DNA of 64,000 nucleotides from Minisyncoccota bacterium (GCA_041665625.1 JBAYIK010000001.1:2091-66090), one strand, 5' to 3'. Counted from the first letter of the stretch, positions 51,408-61,729 are shown. The notes: generated by a model from the sequence alone, not told the origin. Numbers and translations are program-made.

Positions 51408-53213
51408 ATGGAAATACGAAATATCGCTATTATTGCTCACGTTGACCACGGCAAGACCAAATTGACCGACGCCCTTTTGCGTCAGACAGGAATGGTCGCC
51501 GAGGGCTTTAGTATGGACTCTAATGCCCTGGAGCAAGAGCGCGGCATCACTATTTACTCTAAGAATGCCTCACTTTTCTATAAAGATACCAAAATCAACA
51601 TTGTTGATACCCCAGGGCATGCCGACTTCGGTTCAGAGGTTGAGCGTGTTTTGCGTTCTATCGATGATGTGGTCCTTGTTGTGGACGCTCAAGAGGGTCC
51701 AATGCCCCAGACTCGCTTTGTTCTCAAGAAATCTCTTGAACTCGGCCTTAAACCAATTGTGGTTATTAACAAAATTGATAAACCTGCTTCTGATCCTCAC
51801 CGCGCCGAAGAGGAAGTCCTTGAACTCTTCATGGACTTAGGTGCTAGTGATGAACAACTTAATTTTACTGCTGTTTATGCCATTGGGCGTGATGGTATCG
51901 CGAAATTGAAGTTGGAGGATGAGAGTAAGGATATTACCCCTTTGCTCGATACAGTTCTCTCCAAGATTCCCCCAGCTGAGACTAATATTAATATCCCTTT
52001 CCGGGCACAACCCTTTAACTTGGCCTATGATAATTACCTTGGACGTTTGGCCATTTGTCGTGTCTATGAAGGTAAGGTAAAAACTGGTGAGACTGTTTTA
52101 ATAAAAAAATTAGATACTCCCGACTACACGGGCAAGATTACCAAGATCTTCACCTTCCGTGGTCTTGAACGAGAAGAAGTAACCGAAGCCATGGCCGGAG
52201 ACATTGTTATCATTGCGGGTATTCCCAACATTTATATCGGTGAGACCATTTGTCTTGACCCGGCGAGCGAGCCGCTTCCGGCTATCTCTGTCGACGAACC
52301 AACCATTGCTCTTAATTTCATGGTTAACGATTCACCTTTTGGTGGTCGTGAAGGGAAATATGTCACCAGTCGACAAATTCGTGATCGTCTAGAGCGAGAA
52401 CTTGAAGTTAACGTTGGCCTCAAGGTTGATTTTTCTGGCGGCGATAAGTTTAAGGTTTTTGGCCGAGGTGAATTACATATTTCTATTTTACTTGAGAATA
52501 TGCGTCGTGAGAATTATGAGATGTCAGTCTCTCAACCTCAGGTCATTATCAAAGAAATTCACGGTGTTAAAGTTGAACCGTTCGAAGAAGTCACCATCGA
52601 TGTTCCCTCTGAGCACCAAGGTGCGGTTATTGAACGTTTGGGTAATCGTGGCGCTGTCATGATGAATCTCAAGCCGACCGGTCATGGCAATACCGTCCGT
52701 CTTACTTTCGAAGGACCAACAAGAGGTCTCCTCGGTTATCGCAACCAATTTATCGTCGATACTAGGGGTGAAGGGATCATGTCTTCTCGGGTTGTTGGCT
52801 TTAGGACTTATGCGGGGGAGATTAAAAAAACCCAGTATGGCTCAATGATCTCAATGATCACTGGTAAGGTCTTAGCCTATGCTCTCGACAACTTGCAAAC
52901 CCGGGGGACTCTTTATATTTCCCCTGGTGATGAAGTTTATGAAGGACAAGTGATTGGTAATACCTCTAAAGGTGAGGAAATGCCCGTTAATCCGATTAAG
53001 GGGAAACAACTTACTAATATGCGGGCGGCTGGTACTGACGATAAGGTTATGTTGGCTCCACCTTTTATTCTTACTATTGAACGTGGGCTTGAAGTTATGG
53101 CGGAGGATGAATATCTTGAGGTTACGCCCAAGTCTGTTCGCTTACGCAAATCGATTTTGACCGAGACCGAACGTTCTCGCAATAAGCGCACAACTTTCAA
53201 ACCTGGGGTCTAA
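51408..53213 (+). CDS. typA: Translational GTPase TypA/BipA.
   Basis: '[22 protein letters not shown]' and '[14 protein letters not shown]'; EF-G-like domain order. Confidence 0.9.
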   Translation: MEIRNIAIIAHVDHGKTKLTDALLRQTGMVAEGFSMDSNALEQERGITIYSKNASLFYKDTKINIVDTPGHADFGSEVERVLRSIDDVVLVVDAQEGPMPQTRFVLKKSLELGLKPIVVINKIDKPASDPHRAEEEVLELFMDLGASDEQLNFTAVYAIGRDGIAKLKLEDESKDITPLLDTVLSKIPPAETNINIPFRAQPFNLAYDNYLGRLAICRVYEGKVKTGETVLIKKLDTPDYTGKITKIFTFRGLEREEVTEAMAGDIVIIAGIPNIYIGETICLDPASEPLPAISVDEPTIALNFMVNDSPFGGREGKYVTSRQIRDRLERELEVNVGLKVDFSGGDKFKVFGRGELHISILLENMRRENYEMSVSQPQVIIKEIHGVKVEPFEEVTIDVPSEHQGAVIERLGNRGAVMMNLKPTGHGNTVRLTFEGPTRGLLGYRNQFIVDTRGEGIMSSRVVGFRTYAGEIKKTQYGSMISMITGKVLAYALDNLQTRGTLYISPGDEVYEGQVIGNTSKGEEMPVNPIKGKQLTNMRAAGTDDKVMLAPPFILTIERGLEVMAEDEYLEVTPKSVRLRKSILTETERSRNKRTTFKPGV

Positions 53214-53357
53214 AAAAATCACTAGAAGCTTATAAAAATGTCTGGCCGAAATCGTAGATTGAGGAGATCCGAGGACTTTTTAGAAGCTTGCTGGTGATTT
53301 TTTCTCCTCGTGTATCCCGGCCAGACATTTTCAAAAGGCTGTGCCGGTTTTCGCTTG
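53213..53357 (+). repeat. Nested inverted repeats immediately after typA, followed by a GGCTGTGCCGGTTTT hairpin motif.
   Basis: AAAAAATCAC at 53213 pairs with GTGATTTTTT at 53295 (10 bp). AAAATGTCTGGCCG at 53235 pairs with CGGCCAGACATTTT at 53318 (14 bp). Inner stem GAGGAGA/TCTCCTC. Confidence 0.5.
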
Positions 53358-53707
53358 CCAAGTTTTCCACTTTTTGTCATTGCCACTTTTTTAGTTGGTG
53401 GTACTATTTAATTAGATTGCACATGCGTGCGGTCCGACGAAATGTTGGTTGGGCCAAGACGCTCAACCCGGCAGCAAACTGGAGGATCCAGGCTCTATGA
53501 AGACGGCAATGACGGCGAAGTTTGACGGCATGACATTCGTGGGCGGCATCGAGCAGACGTTCAGCAGCGCGGCGTGCGTGGTGAGCTGAACAACGCGAAG
53601 AAGGGGAGGCACGTCCGCTAGATGGGACGTTGCCTTGCTACTAAAGAAGACCCCCGATGAGGCAGTGTGCCGTCGGGGGTTTCGATTTTTTATATTTAAT
53701 TTTCTAA

Positions 53708-54403
53708 TTATTTTTCTGAAACTGTCACACTCTTGATAACAACATTCTCAATTGGTTTGTCACCGGGAGCAGTTTTGACTTTGCCGATAGCATCAACTAC
53801 ATCTTGCCCCTTAATTACTTTTCCAAAGATGGTGTAAGCGTTAGGGAGGGGATTATTTTCTAACATGATGAAGAATTGTGAACCGTTAGTGTTGGGACCG
53901 GCGTTAGCCATGGCGACTACTCCTTTCTGATAGCCAGCTTTGTAAGAGGCGGTCTCTGGATTAAGTTCATCGGCAAATTGATAGCCGGGGCCACCAGAAC
54001 CACAAGCTCCACCCTTGGTACAATTTGGATCTCCTCCTTGGATCATAAAGCCCGAGATCACACGGTGGAAAATGAGGCCATCATAATATTTTTCCTTAGC
54101 CAGCTTAACGAAGTTAGCGACGGTATTAGGAGCATCATTATTATAAGTTTCAAACTGGATTTCTCCCATTGATGTTTCTAGAGTAACGATATTTGTCATT
54201 TTTTTATTATTAAGGTTATTAATTGGGGCTCCCGCTTGGATAACACTGGCTTGCTGTTGACTTGTTGAGGCAAGATTGCCGATGATTGTTGAGGTCGCAG
54301 TTAAACTTTCTGTTGTGTCTCGGTCAGCCTTATAGAGCCAAGCGCCAGCAAGTATCACTAAGACGACCAGAACGAGAGCGATGAGATAATAATTTTTTTC
54401 CAT
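53708..54403 (-). CDS. ppiB: Cyclophilin-type peptidyl-prolyl cis-trans isomerase with an N-terminal membrane anchor or signal.
   Basis: 'FHRVISGFMIQGGDP' and 'GTLAMANAG-like VVAMANAGPNTNGSQFFI'. Confidence 0.85.
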   Translation of the reverse strand: MEKNYYLIALVLVVLVILAGAWLYKADRDTTESLTATSTIIGNLASTSQQQASVIQAGAPINNLNNKKMTNIVTLETSMGEIQFETYNNDAPNTVANFVKLAKEKYYDGLIFHRVISGFMIQGGDPNCTKGGACGSGGPGYQFADELNPETASYKAGYQKGVVAMANAGPNTNGSQFFIMLENNPLPNAYTIFGKVIKGQDVVDAIGKVKTAPGDKPIENVVIKSVTVSEK

Positions 54404-54476
54404 TAAATTTGCGAGTTAAGCTTATAATTTTTACTAAACTAGATTAGATTATAGCAAATTTTTATAGTTCTCAATA

Positions 54477-54507
54477 ATTGACAATTATTACTTAAATAAG
54501 TATAAAT
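54477..54507 (+). promoter_or_regulatory. Sigma70 promoter TTGACA-N17-TATAAA.
   Basis: 'ttgacaattattacttaaataagtataaat'. Confidence 0.5.
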
Positions 54508-54569
54508 GTGGGTGGAATCTTTGTCTGTCAAACCAAAACGAGCTCGAGAGAGCGAGAAGGAGACTTTGT

Positions 54570-55200
54570 CATGTTTCTTGGTACTCACTGGGTTGTCTGG
54601 ATTCTTATTCTGGCCTGCTGCCTTGTCAGCGCACGCCTCGCTGGGTTGACTTCCCAAAAATTGGATCAGTGGAAGATTCGGAAAGATCGACTCCGGCGAA
54701 TGGCTGACATGCCGGCTCTCTTCCTCTCTGGGGCCACTGTTTCGCGTGGCGAAGCGGTGAATTTTCACCGTTGGCTTGAGCAGGGGCTTAAGCTTCCGAA
54801 GGCTTGGGGAATCATCGACCGGGAGAAGTTCTCAGCCTGGCTTTTGGATTCGGGGAACCGAGCCAAGGTTACCTGTACCATTGAGGCCCTCAGGCGAGGG
54901 AAACTCGGGATGTTCACCCCCACGTTTGATGGTCTTGGTCGGGCCGTCGTTAGCCGGGTTTCTGAACTTGGCTTTACACTGGAAGACTTTGACCTGACTG
55001 TTACGGGTGTTGAGGATATGGTGAAGTCGGCCAAGGTCGCCTGGGCCAAAGAGGAAGCCAGGAAAATTGGCTGCTCACTGTCAAACCTCAGGATTCAAAA
55101 GCAGTCCCTGAAGGAGACGGTTGAGGGTTGGGGCTTTCCCCTCGCATGCGAAGAGCTTGGACTCCGTGACATTGTGAACAGTGATTTCTGGGATTTGTAA
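54570..55200 (+). CDS. Hypothetical membrane-anchored protein, GC-rich.
   Basis: AGGAG RBS before MFLGTHWVVWILILACCLV. Followed by a strong GC hairpin terminator. Confidence 0.5.
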
Positions 55201-55221
55201 GCCCCCTGTCATTTCTTGCCC

Positions 55222-55258
55222 CCCCCGGCGCGCGAACGCGCCGGGGGATTGTTTTTTC
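55222..55258 (+). terminator. Rho-independent terminator.
   Basis: CCCCGGCGCG-cgaa-CGCGCCGGGG followed by ATTGTTTTTTC. Confidence 0.8.
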
Positions 55259-55294
55259 TATAATTAATTATGGTTTTGTGGTAAGTTAGGGAAA

Positions 55295-56074
55295 ATGAAA
55301 AAAGATTTTAAAAAAGAAATTGAATGGATTAAGAAAGATAAGTATCCAGATGAGCCTAGCGAAGTCCGACTTCGGGCTCACCTGAAGTCGGACTTCGCTA
55401 GGCTGGGAAAAGGCGAACCAATTGATTATATCATTGGGTGGAAGGAATTTTTGGGTTGTAAAATTGATTTGAGTGAGAAGCCGTTAATTCCAAGGGAAGA
55501 AACGGAATTTTGGGTGGGGGAGGCAATTAAAGAAATTCCCAAGGACTCTCCTTTGGGGCCCTCTCAAGGAAAGTCCTTTGGAATTAGGGCTCTCGATATT
55601 TTTGCTGGCTCTGGTTGCATTGGCCTAGCTGTTTTGAATCATTGTCCTGAGCTGAAGATGACCTTTGCTGATAAAGAAGAAAAATGTATAAAGCAGATTA
55701 AGAAAAATTTGAAACTCAATAAACTTAGAGGGAAAGTCATTCAATCAGATCTTTTTAAAGGGCTCGGTAAATTCGACATCATTTTTGCTAATCCTCCTTA
55801 TATCCCAACCAAGAAATCTAAAGTGCAAAAGTCTGTTAAAAACTGGGAACCCAAGGAGGCTCTTTGGGCGGGGGCAGACGGCCTCTTGATTATTAAGAAA
55901 TTTTTTAAAGAAGCAAAAGGTCACCTGAATCCTAATGGTAAAATTTACCTAGAATTTGGCTATGGCCAGAAAAAAGCCATCGAAGATCTTTTAAAACAAA
56001 AGGGGTATAAGTCTTGGGAATTTAAAAAAGACCAATTTGGCCGCTTCCGAGTGGCTAAAATTATCGGTGGATAA
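55295..56074 (+). CDS. prmC: Release-factor glutamine N5-methyltransferase (HemK/PrmC).
   Basis: 'GEPIDYIIGWKEFLGCKIDL', 'LDIFAGSGCIGLAV' and 'IFANPPYIP' (NPPY). Contains the in-frame palindromic element at 55354-55403. Confidence 0.85.
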   Translation: MKKDFKKEIEWIKKDKYPDEPSEVRLRAHLKSDFARLGKGEPIDYIIGWKEFLGCKIDLSEKPLIPREETEFWVGEAIKEIPKDSPLGPSQGKSFGIRALDIFAGSGCIGLAVLNHCPELKMTFADKEEKCIKQIKKNLKLNKLRGKVIQSDLFKGLGKFDIIFANPPYIPTKKSKVQKSVKNWEPKEALWAGADGLLIIKKFFKEAKGHLNPNGKIYLEFGYGQKKAIEDLLKQKGYKSWEFKKDQFGRFRVAKIIGG

Positions 56075-56140
56075 GGGTTTTTGTTGCCAAAGGAGGAAAG
56101 TGATACAATAAAGCCATATAAGTTTGATTAAAAATAATAT

Positions 56141-58573
56141 ATGGAAAAAGTAGAAAAGAACAAAGCGTTTATCCTTTGGTTCAATGAATTAGCAATTAGT
56201 GATATCCCACTTGTTGGCGGTAAGAATGCCGCTCTTGGTGAAATGTTTAATAATCTTGTACCTCTTGGTGTTAATATCCCTAATGGTTTTGCTATTACCG
56301 CTTATGCTTACGCTTATTTCCTCGAGAAGACTGGACTTAAACAAAGAATTAAAGAGGTTCTAACTGATCTCAACACTCATAATATTAAAGATTTGCAGAA
56401 ACGTGGGGCAATGGTTCGCGAAATGATTATTAAAGAAGAGTTGCCTGATGAGCTTAAGTCCGAGATTGTTGAGGCCTATCATAAGCTCTCTGGGACCTAT
56501 CATCTTAAGGCTGTCGATGTGGCTGTGCGTTCTTCGGCTACGGCTGAAGACCTTCCCGGTGCTTCTTTTGCTGGTCAGCAGGAAACCTTTTTGAATATCA
56601 ATAGTGATAAAGAGCTAATGCTCGCCGTGCGCAAGTGTATGGCTTCGCTCTTTACTAACCGCGCTATTTCTTACCGTGTTGATAAAGGCTTCTCGATGTT
56701 TGATGTCTTGCTTTCGGTTGGTATTCAGAAAATGGTTCGTAGTGATATTGGTAGCTCCGGTGTGATGTTCTCTATTGATACGGAGACTGGTTTTGATAAA
56801 GTCGTTGTCATCAATGGCGCTTATGGCTTAGGTGAATTTATTGTCTTAGGTCGTGTCACCCCCGATGAATTCTATGTCTTCAAACCATCGCTTGAGCGTG
56901 GTTATAACGCTATTCTCTCGAAGACTCTTGGTAAGAAAGATGTTAAATTGATTTACGACAAGAGAGGGACTAAGAAAGTTAATGTGCCTAAAGCTGATGT
57001 TAATAAATTCTGCCTCAAGGACGACGAAGTGGCCAAGCTTGCTATCTGGGGTGTGACGATTGAGAAATATTTCTCTAAGAAGCGAGGCAAATACCAACCT
57101 ATGGATATGGAGTGGGCCCGTGACGGTAAGACTGGCGAATTATTCATTGTTCAGGCCCGTCCTGAGACTATCCACGCTGATCAGAACAAGGATGTTTATG
57201 AGGAATATGTTATTAAAGAGAAAGGTGTCGAATTAATTAAGGGTACTGCTGTTGGTGCCAAAATTGCTTCTGGCCGCGTTCGTATCATTCGTGATGCCAA
57301 GCAGATGAGCACCTTTAAAGAAGGTGAAATTTTGGTTACTGAGATTACCGATCCTGACTGGGAACCGATCATGAAGATTGCTTCGGCTATTATCACCGAG
57401 AAAGGTGGGAGAACTAGTCATGCTGCCATTGTCTCACGAGAGCTCGGTGTTCCTTGTATCGTTGGTACTGGCAACGCGACCAAGAAATTAAAAAATGGTC
57501 AGCTTGTCACCGTTGATTGCTCGTCTGGTAAAGAAGGTGTTGTTTACGATGGCAAAATTTTGTTCGAGAAAAAGGAGCACCACTTAGATCACTTGCCAAA
57601 GACGAGGACTAAAGTCATGTTGAATATTGGTTCACCTGAAGAAGCTTTCCGTAATTTCTATCTTCCGGTCTCGGGTGTCGGCTTGGGACGCTTGGAATTC
57701 ATCATTAGCTCTTATATTAAAGTTCACCCCAACGCTCTGCTTGATTATAAAACTCTAAAGACGAGTAAAGATCCTCGCGCTAAGAAAGCCGTTAAAGCGA
57801 TTGACGAATTAACAGTAGAGTACGCCAACAAAGCTGATTACTATGTTGGTGAGCTGGCTGAAGGTATTGCTACTATTGCCTCGACCTTCTATCCTGGTGA
57901 AGTTATCTTACGTTTTTCTGATTTCAAAACTAACGAATACAGCACTCTAATTGGAGGAGACATGTATGAGCCAGTTGAAGAAAACCCAATGATTGGTTGG
58001 CGTGGTGCTTCTCGTTACTATGATCCTAAATTCCGTCGCGCCTTTGCCCTTGAATGTCGTGCTATGTATAAAGTGCGCACCGAGATGGGGCTCTCTAATA
58101 TTGTGCCAATGATTCCTTTTTGCCGTACCGTTGAAGAAGCCAAACAAGTAATTGCGATTATGGAAGAAGCGGGCTTGGACCGCAAGGCTGACCCATCGCT
58201 TAAGGTCTATGTGATGTGTGAGATTCCTTCGAACGTGGTGGAGGCCAATGAATTCTTAGATGTCTTCGACGGTATGTCGATTGGTTCTAACGATCTTGCT
58301 CAACTCACTCTTGGTCTTGACCGTGACTCGAACCTTATCAACCATATTGCTAACGAGAACCACCCAGCTGTAAAGAAAATGATTGAAGTGGCTATCAAGG
58401 CGTGTCGTGACCGTAATAAATATATTGGTATTTGTGGCCAAGCCCCGTCTGATTATCCAGAATTTGCCGATTTCTTAGTGAAGGCCGGTATTGGGAGCAT
58501 CTCCCTCTCGCCAGATTCCGTTATCAAAACCCTGTCTATCATTGAAGCCGCGGAGAAAAAATATCCTCAATAA
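56141..58573 (+). CDS. ppsA: Phosphoenolpyruvate synthase (pyruvate, water dikinase).
   Basis: 'AVRSSATAEDLPGASFAGQQETFLN', phospho-His 'GGRTSHAAIVSRELGVPCIVG', and a C-terminal PEP-utilising TIM barrel. Confidence 0.9.
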   Translation: MEKVEKNKAFILWFNELAISDIPLVGGKNAALGEMFNNLVPLGVNIPNGFAITAYAYAYFLEKTGLKQRIKEVLTDLNTHNIKDLQKRGAMVREMIIKEELPDELKSEIVEAYHKLSGTYHLKAVDVAVRSSATAEDLPGASFAGQQETFLNINSDKELMLAVRKCMASLFTNRAISYRVDKGFSMFDVLLSVGIQKMVRSDIGSSGVMFSIDTETGFDKVVVINGAYGLGEFIVLGRVTPDEFYVFKPSLERGYNAILSKTLGKKDVKLIYDKRGTKKVNVPKADVNKFCLKDDEVAKLAIWGVTIEKYFSKKRGKYQPMDMEWARDGKTGELFIVQARPETIHADQNKDVYEEYVIKEKGVELIKGTAVGAKIASGRVRIIRDAKQMSTFKEGEILVTEITDPDWEPIMKIASAIITEKGGRTSHAAIVSRELGVPCIVGTGNATKKLKNGQLVTVDCSSGKEGVVYDGKILFEKKEHHLDHLPKTRTKVMLNIGSPEEAFRNFYLPVSGVGLGRLEFIISSYIKVHPNALLDYKTLKTSKDPRAKKAVKAIDELTVEYANKADYYVGELAEGIATIASTFYPGEVILRFSDFKTNEYSTLIGGDMYEPVEENPMIGWRGASRYYDPKFRRAFALECRAMYKVRTEMGLSNIVPMIPFCRTVEEAKQVIAIMEEAGLDRKADPSLKVYVMCEIPSNVVEANEFLDVFDGMSIGSNDLAQLTLGLDRDSNLINHIANENHPAVKKMIEVAIKACRDRNKYIGICGQAPSDYPEFADFLVKAGIGSISLSPDSVIKTLSIIEAAEKKYPQ

Positions 58574-58579
58574 AATAGT

Positions 58580-59587
58580 ATGGCAAAAATACAATTTTTT
58601 GAATTAGAAGATTGGGAGAAGGAGCACATCAAAAAAGAATCTCTGTCTGGTGAAGTCGAGATTGTTGATGGTGTTTTAGACGAAGCCAAGATTCCTTTTG
58701 ACACCAGTGCCGAGGTCATCTCAATTTTTGTTAACTCGGTGATCAATGAAGGGGTCCTCTCTCGTTTACCTAAACTCAAGTTGATTACTACGCGTTCAAC
58801 CGGCTTCGATCATATCGATATCGCTGCTTGTAAGTCTCACGGCGTGGCGGTGGCGACAGTTCCTTCTTATGGTGAAGATACTGTGGCCGAATACACTTTT
58901 GCTTTAATGCTTAATCTGTCGCGCAAGGTGGGTGAGAGCAGTGAACGTATTAAAGAGACTGGGAGCTTCAGTTTAGATGGGCTACGAGGTTTTGATCTCA
59001 AGGGTAAGACCTTGGGTGTCGTTGGTACCGGTAAAATTGGCAAGAACGTGATTGAAATTGCGACTGGTTTCAACATGAATATTATCGCTTACGATAAATT
59101 CCCTGATGGGGCTTACGCGACGAAGATGAATTATAAATATTTGCCATTTGAGGAGGTCTTGGCACAAGCAGATATTGTTACTCTTCATGTTCCTTATATG
59201 CCAGAAAACCACCACTTAATTAATGCGGACGTTCTTTCTAAAATGAAGAAGGGTGCTTATCTCATCAACACGGCTCGTGGGGCGCTCGTTGAGACTGAAG
59301 CCTTACTAAAGAGCCTCAAGGAGGGTCACTTAGCTGGCGCCGGACTCGATGTCTTGGAAGAAGAAGGTGTGATCAAAGACGAACTTAATTTCTTGGTTGG
59401 AGGGCATCCCGGTGAGCACGACCTTAAAGTTATTTTGGCTGGTCATGCACTTATTGATATGCCTAACGTTATTATCACTCCCCACAACGCTTTCAATACT
59501 TGGGAGGCTCTTCAGCGCATCTTAAATACAACCCTTGATAACATTAAGGGATATATTGCTGGCCAGCCAATAAATTTGATCAAGTAA
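58580..59587 (+). CDS. D-isomer-specific 2-hydroxyacid dehydrogenase (D-lactate / phosphoglycerate dehydrogenase family).
   Basis: NAD motif 'LGVVGTGKIGKNV'. Catalytic 'NTARGALV...HNAFNT'. Confidence 0.8.
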   Translation: MAKIQFFELEDWEKEHIKKESLSGEVEIVDGVLDEAKIPFDTSAEVISIFVNSVINEGVLSRLPKLKLITTRSTGFDHIDIAACKSHGVAVATVPSYGEDTVAEYTFALMLNLSRKVGESSERIKETGSFSLDGLRGFDLKGKTLGVVGTGKIGKNVIEIATGFNMNIIAYDKFPDGAYATKMNYKYLPFEEVLAQADIVTLHVPYMPENHHLINADVLSKMKKGAYLINTARGALVETEALLKSLKEGHLAGAGLDVLEEEGVIKDELNFLVGGHPGEHDLKVILAGHALIDMPNVIITPHNAFNTWEALQRILNTTLDNIKGYIAGQPINLIK

Positions 59588-59660
59588 CCCCTTGGCATTA
59601 TTTCTCTAAAGGTATAAAGTTTATCTAGACAACAGCCTTTTGAAAGGCAGGAGGTGATTT

Positions 59661-59816
59661 ATGGATTCCCTCGCGTTTCTGCTGGCTCTTTTGTGGAATT
59701 GGGTGACCTCAGGCTTCCATCGAATCGTTGAGGCCTTGTCGCCTTCCGTCCCCCCTGAAACCTCTGATGAGAAGAGAAGGGGTGAAATCACGGATTCCTT
59801 TAGATGGGAACCGTAA
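59661..59816 (+). CDS. GC-rich small ORF (51 aa). Low confidence.
   Basis: RBS GGAGGTG; N-terminal hydrophobic 'LAFLLALLWNWV'. Confidence 0.25.
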   Translation: MDSLAFLLALLWNWVTSGFHRIVEALSPSVPPETSDEKRRGEITDSFRWEP

Positions 59817-59879
59817 CTCGTCTTGAACCAGGTTGGGCAGAAAGTCTTGCCTCGGTCGAAGGCGGGTTTTCTGTTTCGG

Positions 59880-59920
59880 AATAAAAAAGCATGCCCCGGA
59901 CCTGTGGAAGGTCCGGGGCA
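59880..59920 (-). terminator. Terminator for the minus-strand SixA-like gene.
   Basis: GCCCCGGACC-tgtggaa-GGTCCGGGGC, with a T-run on the minus strand (plus-strand 'aataaaaaagc'). Confidence 0.7.
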
Positions 59921-59938
59921 GTGTTCGTCTCGTTGCTC

Positions 59939-60421
59939 TCAGATTGGGGGTCTGAGAATTTTGGTCTGCTGACCATTGGCCATCACTATCGCTTGACCTG
60001 GCTCAAGGTCTAGATCTTGGATATCCTCGACCGTGGAGAAAGCCGTCATTCGCCAGAAGTAAGTGGCAATACTCTTGGCGAATGGCTTGTGGGTGACAAG
60101 AATGAGTATCACCGCCCCTTCTTTTTCCTTGGCGTCGAGAATCTCCTTGACCCTCCCATAGTTGAAATGACGCGTGACATCTTGGTTGAGGACGTCGGAC
60201 GTCTCCAGTTTGGCGTGGAGAACTTCCTCCAAGATCTGGGCCGTCTCCACAGCCCGATTGGCCGTGGAGCTGACAATGGTCACGGGGTATTCTCCCACGA
60301 CTTCCTTGAGCTCCTCGGCCAGAGCCCAAGCCTGCTCTCGGCCGTATTCACTCAAGCGATCGGTCTTCAACTCTGGATCTCCGTCATAGGCACAATGCCT
60401 TGCGGCGACAATGTCTTTCAT
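59939..60421 (-). CDS. Histidine-phosphatase-superfamily protein (SixA / phosphohistidine-phosphatase-like), GC-rich.
   Basis: Catalytic 'ARHCAYD' RHG-type motif; about 160 aa. Confidence 0.65.
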   Translation of the reverse strand: MKDIVAARHCAYDGDPELKTDRLSEYGREQAWALAEELKEVVGEYPVTIVSSTANRAVETAQILEEVLHAKLETSDVLNQDVTRHFNYGRVKEILDAKEKEGAVILILVTHKPFAKSIATYFWRMTAFSTVEDIQDLDLEPGQAIVMANGQQTKILRPPI

Positions 60422-60518
60422 AATATCGTCTCCTTTTTGCCAAAGGGCAAAGGTTTCTTTCTGGCTTCATTTATACACGAATATTGTCTTGTGTCTAGCT
60501 TATTGCTAAGATACCCTT

Positions 60519-61682
60519 GTGAAAGAATTTGGCTTTAAAATTGAGAAGAAGATTCCTGGGCGCTTAGGGCGGGCTGGGGTTATTACGACGCCACACGGGG
60601 AGATTAAAACCCCAGCTTTTGTGACGGTGGGAACTAAGGCGACGGTTAAGGCTTTGACTCCTGAGATGGTGAATTCGCTTGGCGCCCAAGTCGTGCTCGC
60701 TAATACTTATCATTTATATCTTCAACCCGGTGATGATCTGGTCGCCAAGGCTGGTGGCCTCCACAAATTTATGAATTGGCAGGGACCAATGATGACCGAC
60801 TCCGGCGGCTTCCAAGTTTTCTCGCTTGGTGCGGCTTTTGGTGAAGGGGGAGTATCTAAATTTGCTAAAGAAGGTGTACAGAAGATTGAAGAACTAGCTA
60901 AAGAAGATGACGTTACTGTGAAGTTAGCCAAGATAGATGAAGATGGTGTCACTTTCAAATCGCACATTGATGGTTCCCTTCATCGCTTCACTCCGGAGCG
61001 TTCGATGCAGATTCAACATAACTTAGGCGCGGATATTATCTTCGCTTTTGATGAATGCACTTCGCCGTCGGCTGATTATGATTATCAGAAGCAGGCAATG
61101 GAACGAACTCATCGTTGGGCAAAAAGAAGTCTCGATGAACACAAAAAAATAAAAGCAGGCGAGCAAGCTTTATTTGGTATTGTTCAAGGCGGCCGGCATC
61201 AAGATTTGCGTGAAGAGTCAGCCAGGGTTATTGGTGGCATGGACTTCGATGGCTTTGGCATTGGTGGCTCATTTGATAAAGAAGATATGGGGACCGCTGT
61301 TGGTTGGGTCTCGGCAATACTTCCCGAAAACAAACCTCGTCACTTGCTTGGCATTGGTGAACCGGAAGATATTTTGGAGGGGATTAAGAATGGGGCCGAC
61401 ACTTTTGATTGTGTTACTCCCACTCGTATGGCTAGAAACGGTACTTTGATGGTGAAGGGAGGTAGACTTAATATCTTGAATGCCCAATATCGCGAAGATT
61501 TCACTCCGATTGAAGAGGGTTGCGGTTGTTATACTTGCCAACATTATACTCGTGCTTATCTTGCCCACCTCTTCCGCGCTAAAGAAATGTTGGCCGGAAC
61601 TTTAGCCTCGGTTCACAATCTCTACTTCTTAATCCATTTGACAGAACAGATCAGACAAGATATTTTAGAGGGCAGAATGTAG
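60519..61682 (+). CDS. tgt: Queuine tRNA-ribosyltransferase.
   Basis: 'MTDSGGFQVFSLG' and the zinc site 'CGCYTCQHY'. GTG start. Confidence 0.9.
   Translation: MKEFGFKIEKKIPGRLGRAGVITTPHGEIKTPAFVTVGTKATVKALTPEMVNSLGAQVVLANTYHLYLQPGDDLVAKAGGLHKFMNWQGPMMTDSGGFQVFSLGAAFGEGGVSKFAKEGVQKIEELAKEDDVTVKLAKIDEDGVTFKSHIDGSLHRFTPERSMQIQHNLGADIIFAFDECTSPSADYDYQKQAMERTHRWAKRSLDEHKKIKAGEQALFGIVQGGRHQDLREESARVIGGMDFDGFGIGGSFDKEDMGTAVGWVSAILPENKPRHLLGIGEPEDILEGIKNGADTFDCVTPTRMARNGTLMVKGGRLNILNAQYREDFTPIEEGCGCYTCQHYTRAYLAHLFRAKEMLAGTLASVHNLYFLIHLTEQIRQDILEGRM
61638..61682 (+). repeat. Direct repeat copy 1 (the 3' end of tgt); a diverged copy sits at 62063-62107.
   Basis: TTTGACAGAACAgatcagacaagATATTtTAGAGGGCAGAATGTA versus TTTGACAGAACAaattaggaatgacATATTAGAGGGCAGAATGTA. 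Confidence 0.7.
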
Positions 61683-61729
61683 CTTGTGATTAAACTCCTC
61701 GCTTTTGCGAGAAACCGGAGGACAAGGCT

